DNA from: Myxococcales bacterium
GTDB lineage: Bacteria > Myxococcota_A > UBA9042 > JABWCM01 > BTVJ01
Length of the DNA stretch: 14,932 nt
Assembly (NCBI GenBank): GCA_045863395.1
Contig: BTVJ01000132.1
Coordinates: 1-14,932 of the forward strand
Direction: 5' to 3'
A model generated the notes under the pieces. The model did not search any database. It saw nothing but the letters and a program-made list of their open reading frames with translations, and was not told the origin of the DNA. The position numbers and the translations under genes were made by a program. This document shows positions 7,933 through 14,932 of this stretch, in pieces (position 1 is the stretch's first letter; each line of letters begins with the position of its first letter).

Positions 7933-9062
7933 CCATTTTCAAGGGCATCCCCTCCCGCGCCCGTCCCCCGGCGCTCCAGCACGCCCTGCATCCACGCAGC
8001 GTAGCGACCCTCGAAGATCGCTGCGCGCGCCTGACCGACCAGGTCCAGGTAGAAGGCCAGGTTGTGGATGGTGTTGAGCACCGTGAAGAGGACCTCCTTG
8101 GCCATGAAGAGGTGGCGCAGGTAGGCGCGGGTGAAGTGGGCGCATGTGTAGCACGCGCACGACGCGCTGACGGGGCGCACGTCCTCCCGGTAGGCCGCGT
8201 TCTTGATGACCAGGTCGCCCTCGAAGGACAGCAGCATGCCGTTGCGCGCGTTGCGGGTCGGCAGCACGCAGTCGAACATGTCGACGCCCGCGGCGATGGC
8301 GTGCAGGATGTCCTCCGGCTTGCCGACCCCCATCAGGTAGCGCGGCTTGTCGGCTGGTAGCAGCGGGGCGGTGAAGCGCGTGAGGCGCACCATCTCCTCG
8401 AAGGTCTCGCCCACGCTGAGCCCACCGATGGCGAAGCCCTCGAAGGGCAGGGCGGTGATCGCCCGGGCGTGCTCTGCCCGCAGGTCCTCAAAGAGGCCCC
8501 CCTGCACGATACCGAACATCGCCTGGTCCGCCCGGCTGCGTGCCTCGGCGCAGCGGCGCTCCCAGCGGGTGGTGCGCTCGATGCTCGTCTGGATGGTGGC
8601 ACGGTCCGCCGTGGACACCGGGCACTCGTCGAAGGCCATGGCGATGTCCGAGCCCAGGGTCTCCTGGATCTGGACCACCCGCTCCGGCGTGAAGAGGTGC
8701 GGCGAGCCGTCGATGTGGCTGCGGAACTCGACCCCTTCCTCGCGGATCGTGCGCAGCCCCTCCAGGCTGAACACCTGATACCCCCCCGAATCGGTCAGGA
8801 TCGGGCGCTCCCACCCCATGAGGCCGTGGAGACCCCCGTGGGCGCGGATGACGTCCAGGCCCGGGCGCAGGTACAGATGATAGGTGTTGCCGAGCACGAT
8901 ACGGGCGCCGACACCCCGCAGCGCCTCGGGGGTCATGGCCTTGACGGTGCCCGCGGTGCCCACGGGCATGAAGATGGGCGTCGGCACCTCGCCGTGGGTG
9001 AGGCGCATGGTGCCGGCCCGCGCGCCGCCGTCCGTCGCTTCGAGGGTGAAAGAGCAGCTCAT
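7929..9062 (-). CDS. tgt: tRNA-guanine transglycosylase (bacterial, preQ1-inserting type)
   Basis: [70 protein letters not shown] and Zn site CACYTC...HN. ATGA overlap with queA. Confidence 0.98.
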   Translation of the reverse strand: MSCSFTLEATDGGARAGTMRLTHGEVPTPIFMPVGTAGTVKAMTPEALRGVGARIVLGNTYHLYLRPGLDVIRAHGGLHGLMGWERPILTDSGGYQVFSLEGLRTIREEGVEFRSHIDGSPHLFTPERVVQIQETLGSDIAMAFDECPVSTADRATIQTSIERTTRWERRCAEARSRADQAMFGIVQGGLFEDLRAEHARAITALPFEGFAIGGLSVGETFEEMVRLTRFTAPLLPADKPRYLMGVGKPEDILHAIAAGVDMFDCVLPTRNARNGMLLSFEGDLVIKNAAYREDVRPVSASCACYTCAHFTRAYLRHLFMAKEVLFTVLNTIHNLAFYLDLVGQARAAIFEGRYAAWMQGVLERRGTGAGGDALENG

Positions 9063-10102
9063 CGGATCAGCATCGCGTCGCCGTAGGAGTAGAAGCGGTA
9101 GCCCCGCGCCACCGCTTCGGAGTAGGCGGAGAGCACCCGCTCGCGCCCGGCGAAGGCCGAGACCAGCACCAGGAGGCTCGACCGCGGGAGGTGGAAGTTC
9201 GTGATCAGGCCGTCGACGACGCCGAAGCGGTGGCCCGGCCGGATGGTCAGGTCGACGCGGCGGTGCCCGGCCCGCACCGCGCCGTCGTCGGCGGACCCCT
9301 CCAAGACGCGCACGGTGGTGGTGCCGACCGCCAGAACGCGACGGCCCGCCCGGCGGGCGTCAGCGAGGGCGTCGGCGGTCTCCTCGGGGACGTGGGCGTG
9401 CTCCGGCTCGACCGCGTGGGCGCGCAGGTCGCCCGAGCGGACGGGCTCGAAGGTGCCGGGCCCCACGTGCAGGGTCACCCGCAGCACGGGGATGCCGCGG
9501 GACCCGAGGGCGTCCAGGATGCCCGGCGTGAAGTGCAGTCCCGCCGTCGGGGCGGCGACCGCCCCCTTGGGGCCCGCGTAGACGGTCTGGTAGCGCTCCC
9601 GGTCCGGCTCCCCGGCGTCCCTCTTGATATAGGGCGGCAGCGGAACGCGCCCCGCCGCGTCGAGCACCGCCCACGGGTCCCCGGCGAAGGTCACCCGCGC
9701 GCGCCCGCCTCCCAGGGTCGCCGTCACCGTGACCACGCGCTCTCCCGGCAGGCGCACCACGTCCCCCGGCTTGAGCGGGCGGCTCGCGCGGGTCATGCAG
9801 GTCCGCTCGCCCGGCGCGTCGTCGGGCGCGGGGGGCAGCACGAGGAGCTCCACGCGGCCGCCGGACGCCTTGCTCCCGACCAGGCGCGCAGGGACGACCC
9901 GGGTGTCGTTGACGACCACCACCTCATCCCCCCGGAGCAGCTCCGGCAGCGAGGCGAAGCGCTCGTGCGCGAGGGTGCCTCCGTCGCGTGGCATCACCAA
10001 CAGGCGCGACCCGTCACGCCGATCACACGGGACCTGGGCGACGGCGTCAGGGGGGAGGGCGAAGTCGTAGGCGTCGAGGTCGTGGTCCGGTGCCAGGTTC
10101 AT
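9059..10102 (-). CDS. queA: S-adenosylmethionine:tRNA ribosyltransferase-isomerase
   Basis: Start ATG at 10102 ([17 protein letters not shown]...AQVP). Motifs [60 protein letters not shown] and [12 protein letters not shown]. Confidence 0.97.
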   Translation of the reverse strand: MNLAPDHDLDAYDFALPPDAVAQVPCDRRDGSRLLVMPRDGGTLAHERFASLPELLRGDEVVVVNDTRVVPARLVGSKASGGRVELLVLPPAPDDAPGERTCMTRASRPLKPGDVVRLPGERVVTVTATLGGGRARVTFAGDPWAVLDAAGRVPLPPYIKRDAGEPDRERYQTVYAGPKGAVAAPTAGLHFTPGILDALGSRGIPVLRVTLHVGPGTFEPVRSGDLRAHAVEPEHAHVPEETADALADARRAGRRVLAVGTTTVRVLEGSADDGAVRAGHRRVDLTIRPGHRFGVVDGLITNFHLPRSSLLVLVSAFAGRERVLSAYSEAVARGYRFYSYGDAMLIR

Positions 10103-10134
10103 GCGCTCGCTCGGGTGGGCGACTCGGGGCGTGC

Positions 10135-10162
10135 ATCGTAGCGGCCGGGCTGGCCGTGTCAA
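10135..10162 (-). promoter_or_regulatory. Putative sigma70 promoter of the queA-tgt operon
   Basis: Minus strand: consensus TTGACA (10162-10157), 16-nt spacer, TACGAT (10140-10135), about 32 nt upstream of the queA ATG. Confidence 0.7.
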
Positions 10163-10179
10163 TCGTCCCGGTGACACGG
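10154..10179. promoter_or_regulatory. Operator-like inverted repeat CCGTGTCA-N10-TGACACGG
   Basis: Perfect 8-bp arms in the divergent queA/DGC spacer; the left arm overlaps the queA -35 hexamer. Confidence 0.5.
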
Positions 10180-10214
10180 ACGGCGTGGTCTGCCCCCTCC
10201 GCCTCACTTGCCCA

Positions 10215-10243
10215 TTGCGGGGCCTCGGTCGTCGTGCCACGAT
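10215..10243 (+). promoter_or_regulatory. Putative sigma70 promoter of the diguanylate cyclase gene
   Basis: TTGCGG (10215-10220), 17-nt spacer, CACGAT (10238-10243) with TGn extension. Confidence 0.4.
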
Positions 10244-10285
10244 TCCCCCCCTTCCGAAGGCGGGCCTGGACCCCGGGGCACAACG

Positions 10286-11761
10286 ATGGCCATCTCCAAG
10301 AGCAAGACGCTCTCCTACCGCATCGCGCTGGCCTCGGGCCTGTCCGCGGCGCTGATCTTCATTGCCTACGTGCTCGTGATGGTGTTGGCGGGGACGCCGC
10401 TCTTGCCCGACCACCCCTCCCAGTTCGCGGTGCTGTCCGTGGCGCTCGGGTTCCTGGGCATCGGCGTGCTGATGCTCGTCGTGCAGCGCCTGGTGGAGCG
10501 CCTGCTCGGCGCCCGTCTGGCGCGCCTGCGCGCGACCGTGGCGCAGGCGGCCGCGGGCAACCCCGTCGTCCGCGCCGCAGAGGACAGCGAGGACGAGGTC
10601 GGGGAGCTGTCCGTCAGCTTCAACCACCTGCTCCGCACCATCACGGATCTGAGCGCGCGGAACATCGACAGCGACCTGGAGCTTGGGGCCGCGCGCCGGG
10701 AGCTGACGCTCAAGGCGACCATCGAAGAGAAGAACCGCATCATCGAGGCGACCAACGCGCGCCTGGAGGAGCGCCTCCATGACATCTCCACCTTGCTGGA
10801 TCTGTCCCAGGCTCTCAACCAGGACCTGGGCCTCGACGGCGCCATCACGCGGCTCGTGGAGTTCGTGTCGCGGCGGCTGCGGGTCGACTGGTTCGTACTG
10901 CTGCTGGCGGACGAGGCCGGCGAGATCCTGGAGGCGCGAGGGGTGTGGGGCTTCCCCCGGCCCGAGGACCTGGTGGGCGTCACGTTCACCCTCGGGGAGG
11001 GCATCGTCGGCACCGTGTTCGAGTCCGGCCACCGCATCGTGCTGCCCGACATCGCCGCGGAGGAGCGCTTCACGAGCTTCAAGGGGCGGGCCCAGATGTC
11101 GGGGTCCTTCGTCGGCATCCCGGCGCGGTTCTCAGACAACCGGGTCGGCGTGCTGGCGTTCGGGCGGCGCCGCCTCGATGCGTTCGAGGCGAGCTACGTG
11201 GACTTCCTTCAGATCGTGACCAACCACGTCGCCATGGTCATCCGCAACGCGCGCCTCTACGAGCGCATGAAGGAGCTGGCCACGCAGGACGAGCTGACGG
11301 GCCTCGCCAACCGCCGCTACCTGCTCCAGCGCATGGAGCACGAGTTCCGCCGCCACAAGCGCTTCGGGACGCCCATGGCGGTGCTGATGGTGGACGTGGA
11401 CCACTTCAAGCGGGTCAATGATCGGTACGGCCACCCCGCGGGCGACGCGGTGCTGCGTGAGGTGGCGCGCGCCCTGGAGAGCGCGGTCCGCGACGTGGAC
11501 GTCGTCGGCCGCTACGGGGGCGAGGAGTTCTCCGTGGTGCTGCCGAGCACCCGGAGCGACGCGGCGCTGCTCGTGGCCGACAAGGTGCGCCTGGCGGTGC
11601 AGGAGCGGTGCACGCGCCCGGGGGACGAGGGGGCCGTGACCGTCAGCGTGGGCGTCGGCGTGGCGTCCGAGACCACGGACACGGTGCACTCGCTCATCGA
11701 CATCGCCGACCAGGCGCTGTATCGCGCAAAGACCGGCGGGCGCAACAGGGTGGGTGCGTAG
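10286..11761 (+). CDS. Membrane-anchored diguanylate cyclase (2TM-HAMP-coiled coil-GAF-GGDEF)
   Basis: ATG 10286. Two TM helices; HAMP (EDEVGELSVSFNHL); GAF (TLGEGIVGTV...GIPARF..NRVGVL...NARLYE); DELTGLANRR, DVDHFKRVNDRYGHPAGD, RDVD I-site, GRYGGEEF and ADQALYRAKTGGRNRV. Confidence 0.95.
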   Translation: MAISKSKTLSYRIALASGLSAALIFIAYVLVMVLAGTPLLPDHPSQFAVLSVALGFLGIGVLMLVVQRLVERLLGARLARLRATVAQAAAGNPVVRAAEDSEDEVGELSVSFNHLLRTITDLSARNIDSDLELGAARRELTLKATIEEKNRIIEATNARLEERLHDISTLLDLSQALNQDLGLDGAITRLVEFVSRRLRVDWFVLLLADEAGEILEARGVWGFPRPEDLVGVTFTLGEGIVGTVFESGHRIVLPDIAAEERFTSFKGRAQMSGSFVGIPARFSDNRVGVLAFGRRRLDAFEASYVDFLQIVTNHVAMVIRNARLYERMKELATQDELTGLANRRYLLQRMEHEFRRHKRFGTPMAVLMVDVDHFKRVNDRYGHPAGDAVLREVARALESAVRDVDVVGRYGGEEFSVVLPSTRSDAALLVADKVRLAVQERCTRPGDEGAVTVSVGVGVASETTDTVHSLIDIADQALYRAKTGGRNRVGA

Positions 11762-11795
11762 GAGCGTCGCGACCTGGCAGGGAGCGGAGGGCTCG

Positions 11796-12773
11796 TCAGG
11801 GGAGCTGCCCGAGGAGCACGAGCGCCAGCATCCCGCCGCCGCCCGCCGCGATGGGGATGGAGAAGTTGTCGTCCACGCGGCGGCTCACCAGCTCGGCGAA
11901 GGCGCCGAGGGCCGAGGCCGTGGCCGCGACGATCAGGGCCGCTCGCCAGGGCAGCTCCGGGTGCAGGCCGAGGAGCAGCGCGGCGGACAGCACGAAGCCG
12001 GTCAGCAGGAACGCGGTCGTGCCCTCCAGGGAGCGGCCGTTGATGAGGCGGATGCGCCCCCAGCGCCGGCCGACGAGGGCGGCGGCCGGGTCCGCGAGGC
12101 CCAGGACGGCGACCGCCACGGCAGAGACCATGGGTGGCACGGTGAGCGCCAGGATCAGGAGCGCCGTGGCATACCAGGTCGCCGAGTTGACGCGGAAGCG
12201 CTCGTGGGCGTGCGCCACCTTCCCGAACACCCACATCAAGAACTGGTTGGCGCGGGCGCTGTAGCGCCGGGAGATCTCGCAGCTCCAGGAGAACACGGCG
12301 AAGGCCGTGGCGACGGTCACGAGGAGGGTCGGGGAGCGCCAGATCTCGATGGTCAGGAGCGCGATGAGCGCCGAGCTGACATGGAAGACGTTGCGGGCGT
12401 AGTTGGTCGGGCGCAGGCTCGGCACGTGAACGGACCAGGCGTCCAGGCTCTTCGAGAGTCCCTCGTAGGCGTGGTGGAGCTGGTCGCGGTACTCCATCCA
12501 GTGCGCCCGGGTCGCCGTGCCCGACGGGTCGACGGCCGGAACGCGGTCCCGGAGCAGCGCCACCAGCTCGCGCAGGCGCGATGCCAGGTCGGAGTCGTGG
12601 GCCATCTCGGCGGCGCTCTCGGCCAGGCCGGACATGCGGGACTCGAGGTGGGAGATGCGCGAGCGCACGGCCGCCTCGAGGTCGTCACGCCAGCGGGCCG
12701 GGTCCAGCTCTTTGAGGATGCGGTGCAGCTCCAGCGCGAGATCGCGGCTATCGACGGCGATGGTGCGTGTCAC
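11796..12773 (-). CDS. CTP-dependent lipid kinase / cytidylyltransferase family (SEC59/DGK1/VTE5-like) membrane protein with soluble N-terminal extension
   Basis: GTG start with GGGAGAG upstream. ARNVFH, GLADPAAALVGRRWG, GRSLEGT and AELVSRRVDDNFSIP match the dolichol/phytol/DAG kinase-type CTP transferase pattern; multiple TM helices. Confidence 0.85.
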   Translation of the reverse strand: MTRTIAVDSRDLALELHRILKELDPARWRDDLEAAVRSRISHLESRMSGLAESAAEMAHDSDLASRLRELVALLRDRVPAVDPSGTATRAHWMEYRDQLHHAYEGLSKSLDAWSVHVPSLRPTNYARNVFHVSSALIALLTIEIWRSPTLLVTVATAFAVFSWSCEISRRYSARANQFLMWVFGKVAHAHERFRVNSATWYATALLILALTVPPMVSAVAVAVLGLADPAAALVGRRWGRIRLINGRSLEGTTAFLLTGFVLSAALLLGLHPELPWRAALIVAATASALGAFAELVSRRVDDNFSIPIAAGGGGMLALVLLGQLP

Positions 12774-12869
12774 GGGCGCTCTCCCGGGCGCGGTGGTCGT
12801 GGTCGACGTTCAATCGGGGGGGTGCGCGCTCACGATCCCGCCGCGCGTCCCGCCCCCCCGAGCGCGGGC

Positions 12870-12898
12870 AGCATGCACCGGAACGGGCCGGGCGACAA
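12870..12898 (-). promoter_or_regulatory. Putative sigma70 promoter of the lipid kinase-like gene
   Basis: Minus strand: TTGTCG (12898-12893), 17-nt spacer, CATGCT (12875-12870). Closely resembles the UDG promoter candidate TTGTCC-17-TATGCT. Confidence 0.45.
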
Positions 12899-12953
12899 GC
12901 CTTTTCGGTGCTTCGTCGTGTGGAGTCGGAGGGTTCCGTCCCGCGGAGGCAGC

Positions 12954-13838
12954 TCAGCCGCGGCCCTTGCCGAGCCGCTCCATGACCATCTTGAGATCCT
13001 CCCACGTGGGGCGCTTCCACCGCTCGTTGCGCAGCAGTGCAGCTGGGTGATACGTCGGCATCACGGGGATGGGGAGGTGGGGGTACTCGTGGAAGCGGCC
13101 CCGGAGGTTCGAGATGGTGGCGCTCGACTCCAGGAGCGATTGGGACGAGATCCGGCCTAGCGTGACGATGACCTCGGGCCGGATCGCCTGGATCTGGGCA
13201 TCGACGAACGGCCGGCAGGCGGCCTGCTCGTCGGGCTCCGGGTCCCGGTTGTTGGGGGGGCGGCACTTCACGATGTTCGCGATGTAGACCTCGCTCCGCT
13301 GGAACCCCATGGCCCCGATCATGCGGTCGAGGAGCTGGCCCGCGGGGCCCACGAAGGGGCGCCCCTGCTGATCCTCGTTGGCGCCCGGGCCCTCGCCCAC
13401 GAAGAGCAGCCGCGCGTCCGGGTTGCCCTCGCCGAAGACGAGGTTCGTGCGGCCCTGGCAGAGCCGGCAGCGGCGGCAGTCGCCCATGCGCTCGCGGACC
13501 AGCGCCAGGCCCTCTGCGCCGCGGGGCACGTCGTCCATGGGCGTGAACTGGAGCCGCGCCGGAGCGGGCCCGGGCGACCTGGCGGACGCGGGGGCCTGTG
13601 GTGGGGCCTGTGGTGGGGCCTGTGGTGGGGCGCCGCGCCCTGCGGCGGGGCGATCCGCGTGGAGCGGTCGTGGCCCGGGGGCGAGGGCCGGGATGACCGG
13701 CAGCGGGCGGCGGGTCGCCCCGGGAGGGCTCGTCGGGGCGTGGGTCTCGCCCCACTCCCGCTCCTCGCGCAGGCGCGCGCGCACGTCCCGCACCAGCGAG
13801 CCCAGCAGCGCGCGCACCGACCAGCCGTCTTCCGCCAT
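12954..13838 (-). CDS. Family-4 uracil-DNA glycosylase ([4Fe-4S] type) with N-terminal helix and Pro-rich linker
   Basis: ATG 13838 with AGGAGG at 13848-13843. [49 protein letters not shown] and [10 protein letters not shown]. Confidence 0.93.
   Translation of the reverse strand: MAEDGWSVRALLGSLVRDVRARLREEREWGETHAPTSPPGATRRPLPVIPALAPGPRPLHADRPAAGRGAPPQAPPQAPPQAPASARSPGPAPARLQFTPMDDVPRGAEGLALVRERMGDCRRCRLCQGRTNLVFGEGNPDARLLFVGEGPGANEDQQGRPFVGPAGQLLDRMIGAMGFQRSEVYIANIVKCRPPNNRDPEPDEQAACRPFVDAQIQAIRPEVIVTLGRISSQSLLESSATISNLRGRFHEYPHLPIPVMPTYHPAALLRNERWKRPTWEDLKMVMERLGKGRG
13591..13631. repeat. 12-bp tandem repeat (GGGGCCTGTGGT) x3.4 encoding (PPQA)n in the UDG linker
   Basis: Perfect units at 13591, 13603 and 13615, with a partial unit at 13627-13631. 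Confidence 0.9.
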
Positions 13839-13857
13839 GAGGCCTCCTGCCCGGCGG

Positions 13858-13886
13858 AGCATAGCTGCGGCTCCCGGTGGGGACAA
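13858..13886 (-). promoter_or_regulatory. Putative sigma70 promoter of the UDG gene
   Basis: Minus strand: TTGTCC (13886-13881), 17-nt spacer, TATGCT (13863-13858), just upstream of the SD. Confidence 0.6.
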
Positions 13887-13894
13887 GGGCGGCG

Positions 13895-13923
13895 TCGCCA
13901 GCGTCGGCCCCATTGTGTATCGT
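13895..13923 (+). promoter_or_regulatory. Putative sigma70 promoter of the small Cys/His protein gene
   Basis: TCGCCA (13895-13900), 17-nt spacer, TATCGT (13918-13923), 7 nt before the AGGAGG SD. Confidence 0.45.
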
Positions 13924-13941
13924 TGCGCGCAGGAGGTTCCC

Positions 13942-14181
13942 ATGAGCCGAGGCAGCAAGGCGATCAAGGCGGCGGCGCGCTCGTTGAGGAGCCGGCCTGG
14001 GTGGGATCCCCAGCGCCGTGCCAGCGAGACCGACGAGCAGCGGCTCGCGTCCGCGATGCAGGCGCACCGCAACGAGGGGGTCTACGAGTCCGCCGGCGCC
14101 TGCGCGGCGTGCGGGGAGCTGCGCGCGGAGACCGGCGACGCCACCGCGCTCTGTGACGAGCACCTGGCGGCGGCGCTCTGA
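13942..14181 (+). CDS. Small hypothetical protein (79 aa) with CxxC-x13-CxxH putative zinc finger
   Basis: Perfect AGGAGG at 13931-13936, then ATG 13942. Fills the gap between the UDG and OmpA genes with GC3-rich codons. Sequence MSRGSKAIK...[38 protein letters not shown]. Confidence 0.8.
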   Translation: MSRGSKAIKAAARSLRSRPGWDPQRRASETDEQRLASAMQAHRNEGVYESAGACAACGELRAETGDATALCDEHLAAAL

Positions 14182-14208
14182 CGCGGGGCCGCTCGGCCGA
14201 CTCCTGCG

Positions 14209-14931
14209 CTACGGGTTCGGGGTGGGCGTCGGCGACACGCCGGGGGGCTCGCTGCCGCCCTCGTCGCCGGGGTCGAACGCGCGGGTCGGCTCCCCCTCTG
14301 GCGGCGCCTTTGGGGTGGGCGCCGGCGGAGGGGTGGGCTCAGGTGTCGGCTCCTGGGGCTCCGCCTTGGGCACGGGCTCCAGGTGGGTCGGGACCTCCTC
14401 CACCCGGGGCCGCTGCTTCGTGATGACGATCTCGACCCGCCGGTTGCGCTCCCGTCCCTCCTCCGTGTCGTTGGAGGCAACCGGCTCCACCTCGCCGAAG
14501 CCCTTGGCGCTGACCCGCCCCCCCTCGATGCCCGCCATGAGCAGGTAGTCGGCCACGGCCTGGGCGCGGAGCTGCGAGAGGGTCAGGTTCGCCTTGTCGC
14601 TGCCGAGTGAGTCCGTGTGACCGGCGATCAGCACCTTCTCGATTTCCGGGTGGTCCCGCAGGATGCCGACCACGTCGTCCAGGAGCGGGTAGGACGACGA
14701 CATGATCTCCGAGCGCCCGAAGGCAAAGTGGACCTTCTCATAGATCTGGATCCGGTCGCCGACGATCAGGGCCTTCGGGTCCGGGTCGGGGCAGCCGTCG
14801 TCGTCCTTGTGGCCGTTGACGGTCTCCGCCTCGTTGGGGCACTGGTCGTCCTTGTCGAGGATCCCGTCCTTGTCGTTGTCCGGGTCGGGGCAGCCGTCCT
14901 CGTCCTCGTATCCGTCCCGATCCTCCGGCTC
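14209..14931 (-). CDS. OmpA-family peptidoglycan-binding protein with thrombospondin type-3 (Ca-binding) repeats and Pro-rich tail (5' end outside window)
   Basis: Frame open to the window edge: EPEDRDGYEDEDGCPDPDNDKDGILDKDDQCPNEAETVNGHKDDDGCPD. Then an OmpA_C-like domain KVHFAFGRSEI...IAGHTDSLG...NLTLSQLRAQAV...GFGEVEPVASN...NRRVEI. Confidence 0.92.
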   Translation of the reverse strand, partial: EPEDRDGYEDEDGCPDPDNDKDGILDKDDQCPNEAETVNGHKDDDGCPDPDPKALIVGDRIQIYEKVHFAFGRSEIMSSSYPLLDDVVGILRDHPEIEKVLIAGHTDSLGSDKANLTLSQLRAQAVADYLLMAGIEGGRVSAKGFGEVEPVASNDTEEGRERNRRVEIVITKQRPRVEEVPTHLEPVPKAEPQEPTPEPTPPPAPTPKAPPEGEPTRAFDPGDEGGSEPPGVSPTPTPNP

Positions 14932-14932
14932 G

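Noticed and set aside
10103..10135. preQ1 riboswitch upstream of queA
   Set aside because: The predicted leader is only about 26 nt and lacks the A-rich 3' tail and stem of preQ1 aptamers.
10103..11032. 657-aa ORF suggesting a long N-terminal fusion on QueA
   Set aside because: The extension is the antisense shadow of the diguanylate cyclase gene. QueA homology starts at Met 10102, and a strong promoter candidate lies just upstream of it.
12807..12822. Minus-strand hairpin followed by ATTGAACG, as a possible second repeat-like unit
   Set aside because: The tail differs from ATTGAAAC, and the stem length and sequence are unrelated to the 4048 element.
14182..14208. Imperfect GC hairpin between the convergent small-protein and OmpA genes
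   Set aside because: Wobble-rich with no U-tract; it may be a 3' stem but cannot be supported as a terminator.

Overview
GC-rich bacterial chromosomal segment; gene content (TSP3-OmpA protein, UDG with Pro-rich linker) suggests Myxococcota/Deltaproteobacteria (inference). Plus strand, left: 5'-truncated glnE, ilvE, a YkgJ-type Cys-cluster protein and a lipoprotein monoheme cytochrome c. These converge on the minus-strand queA-tgt-yajC-secD-secF cluster. Divergent from queA is a membrane HAMP-GAF-GGDEF diguanylate cyclase. Further right are a CTP-dependent lipid kinase/cytidylyltransferase-family gene, a family-4 uracil-DNA glycosylase, a small divergent CxxC...CxxH protein and a 5'-truncated TSP3-repeat OmpA-family gene. 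The region is mostly housekeeping, with no mobile element, cas gene or RNA gene. The most unusual signal is a single CRISPR-repeat-like element (hairpin followed directly by ATTGAAAC, 4048-4079) filling the gap between the cytochrome c and secF stop codons. Several sigma70-like promoters, an operator-like palindrome, structured leaders and an enlarged SecF periplasmic domain are also visible.
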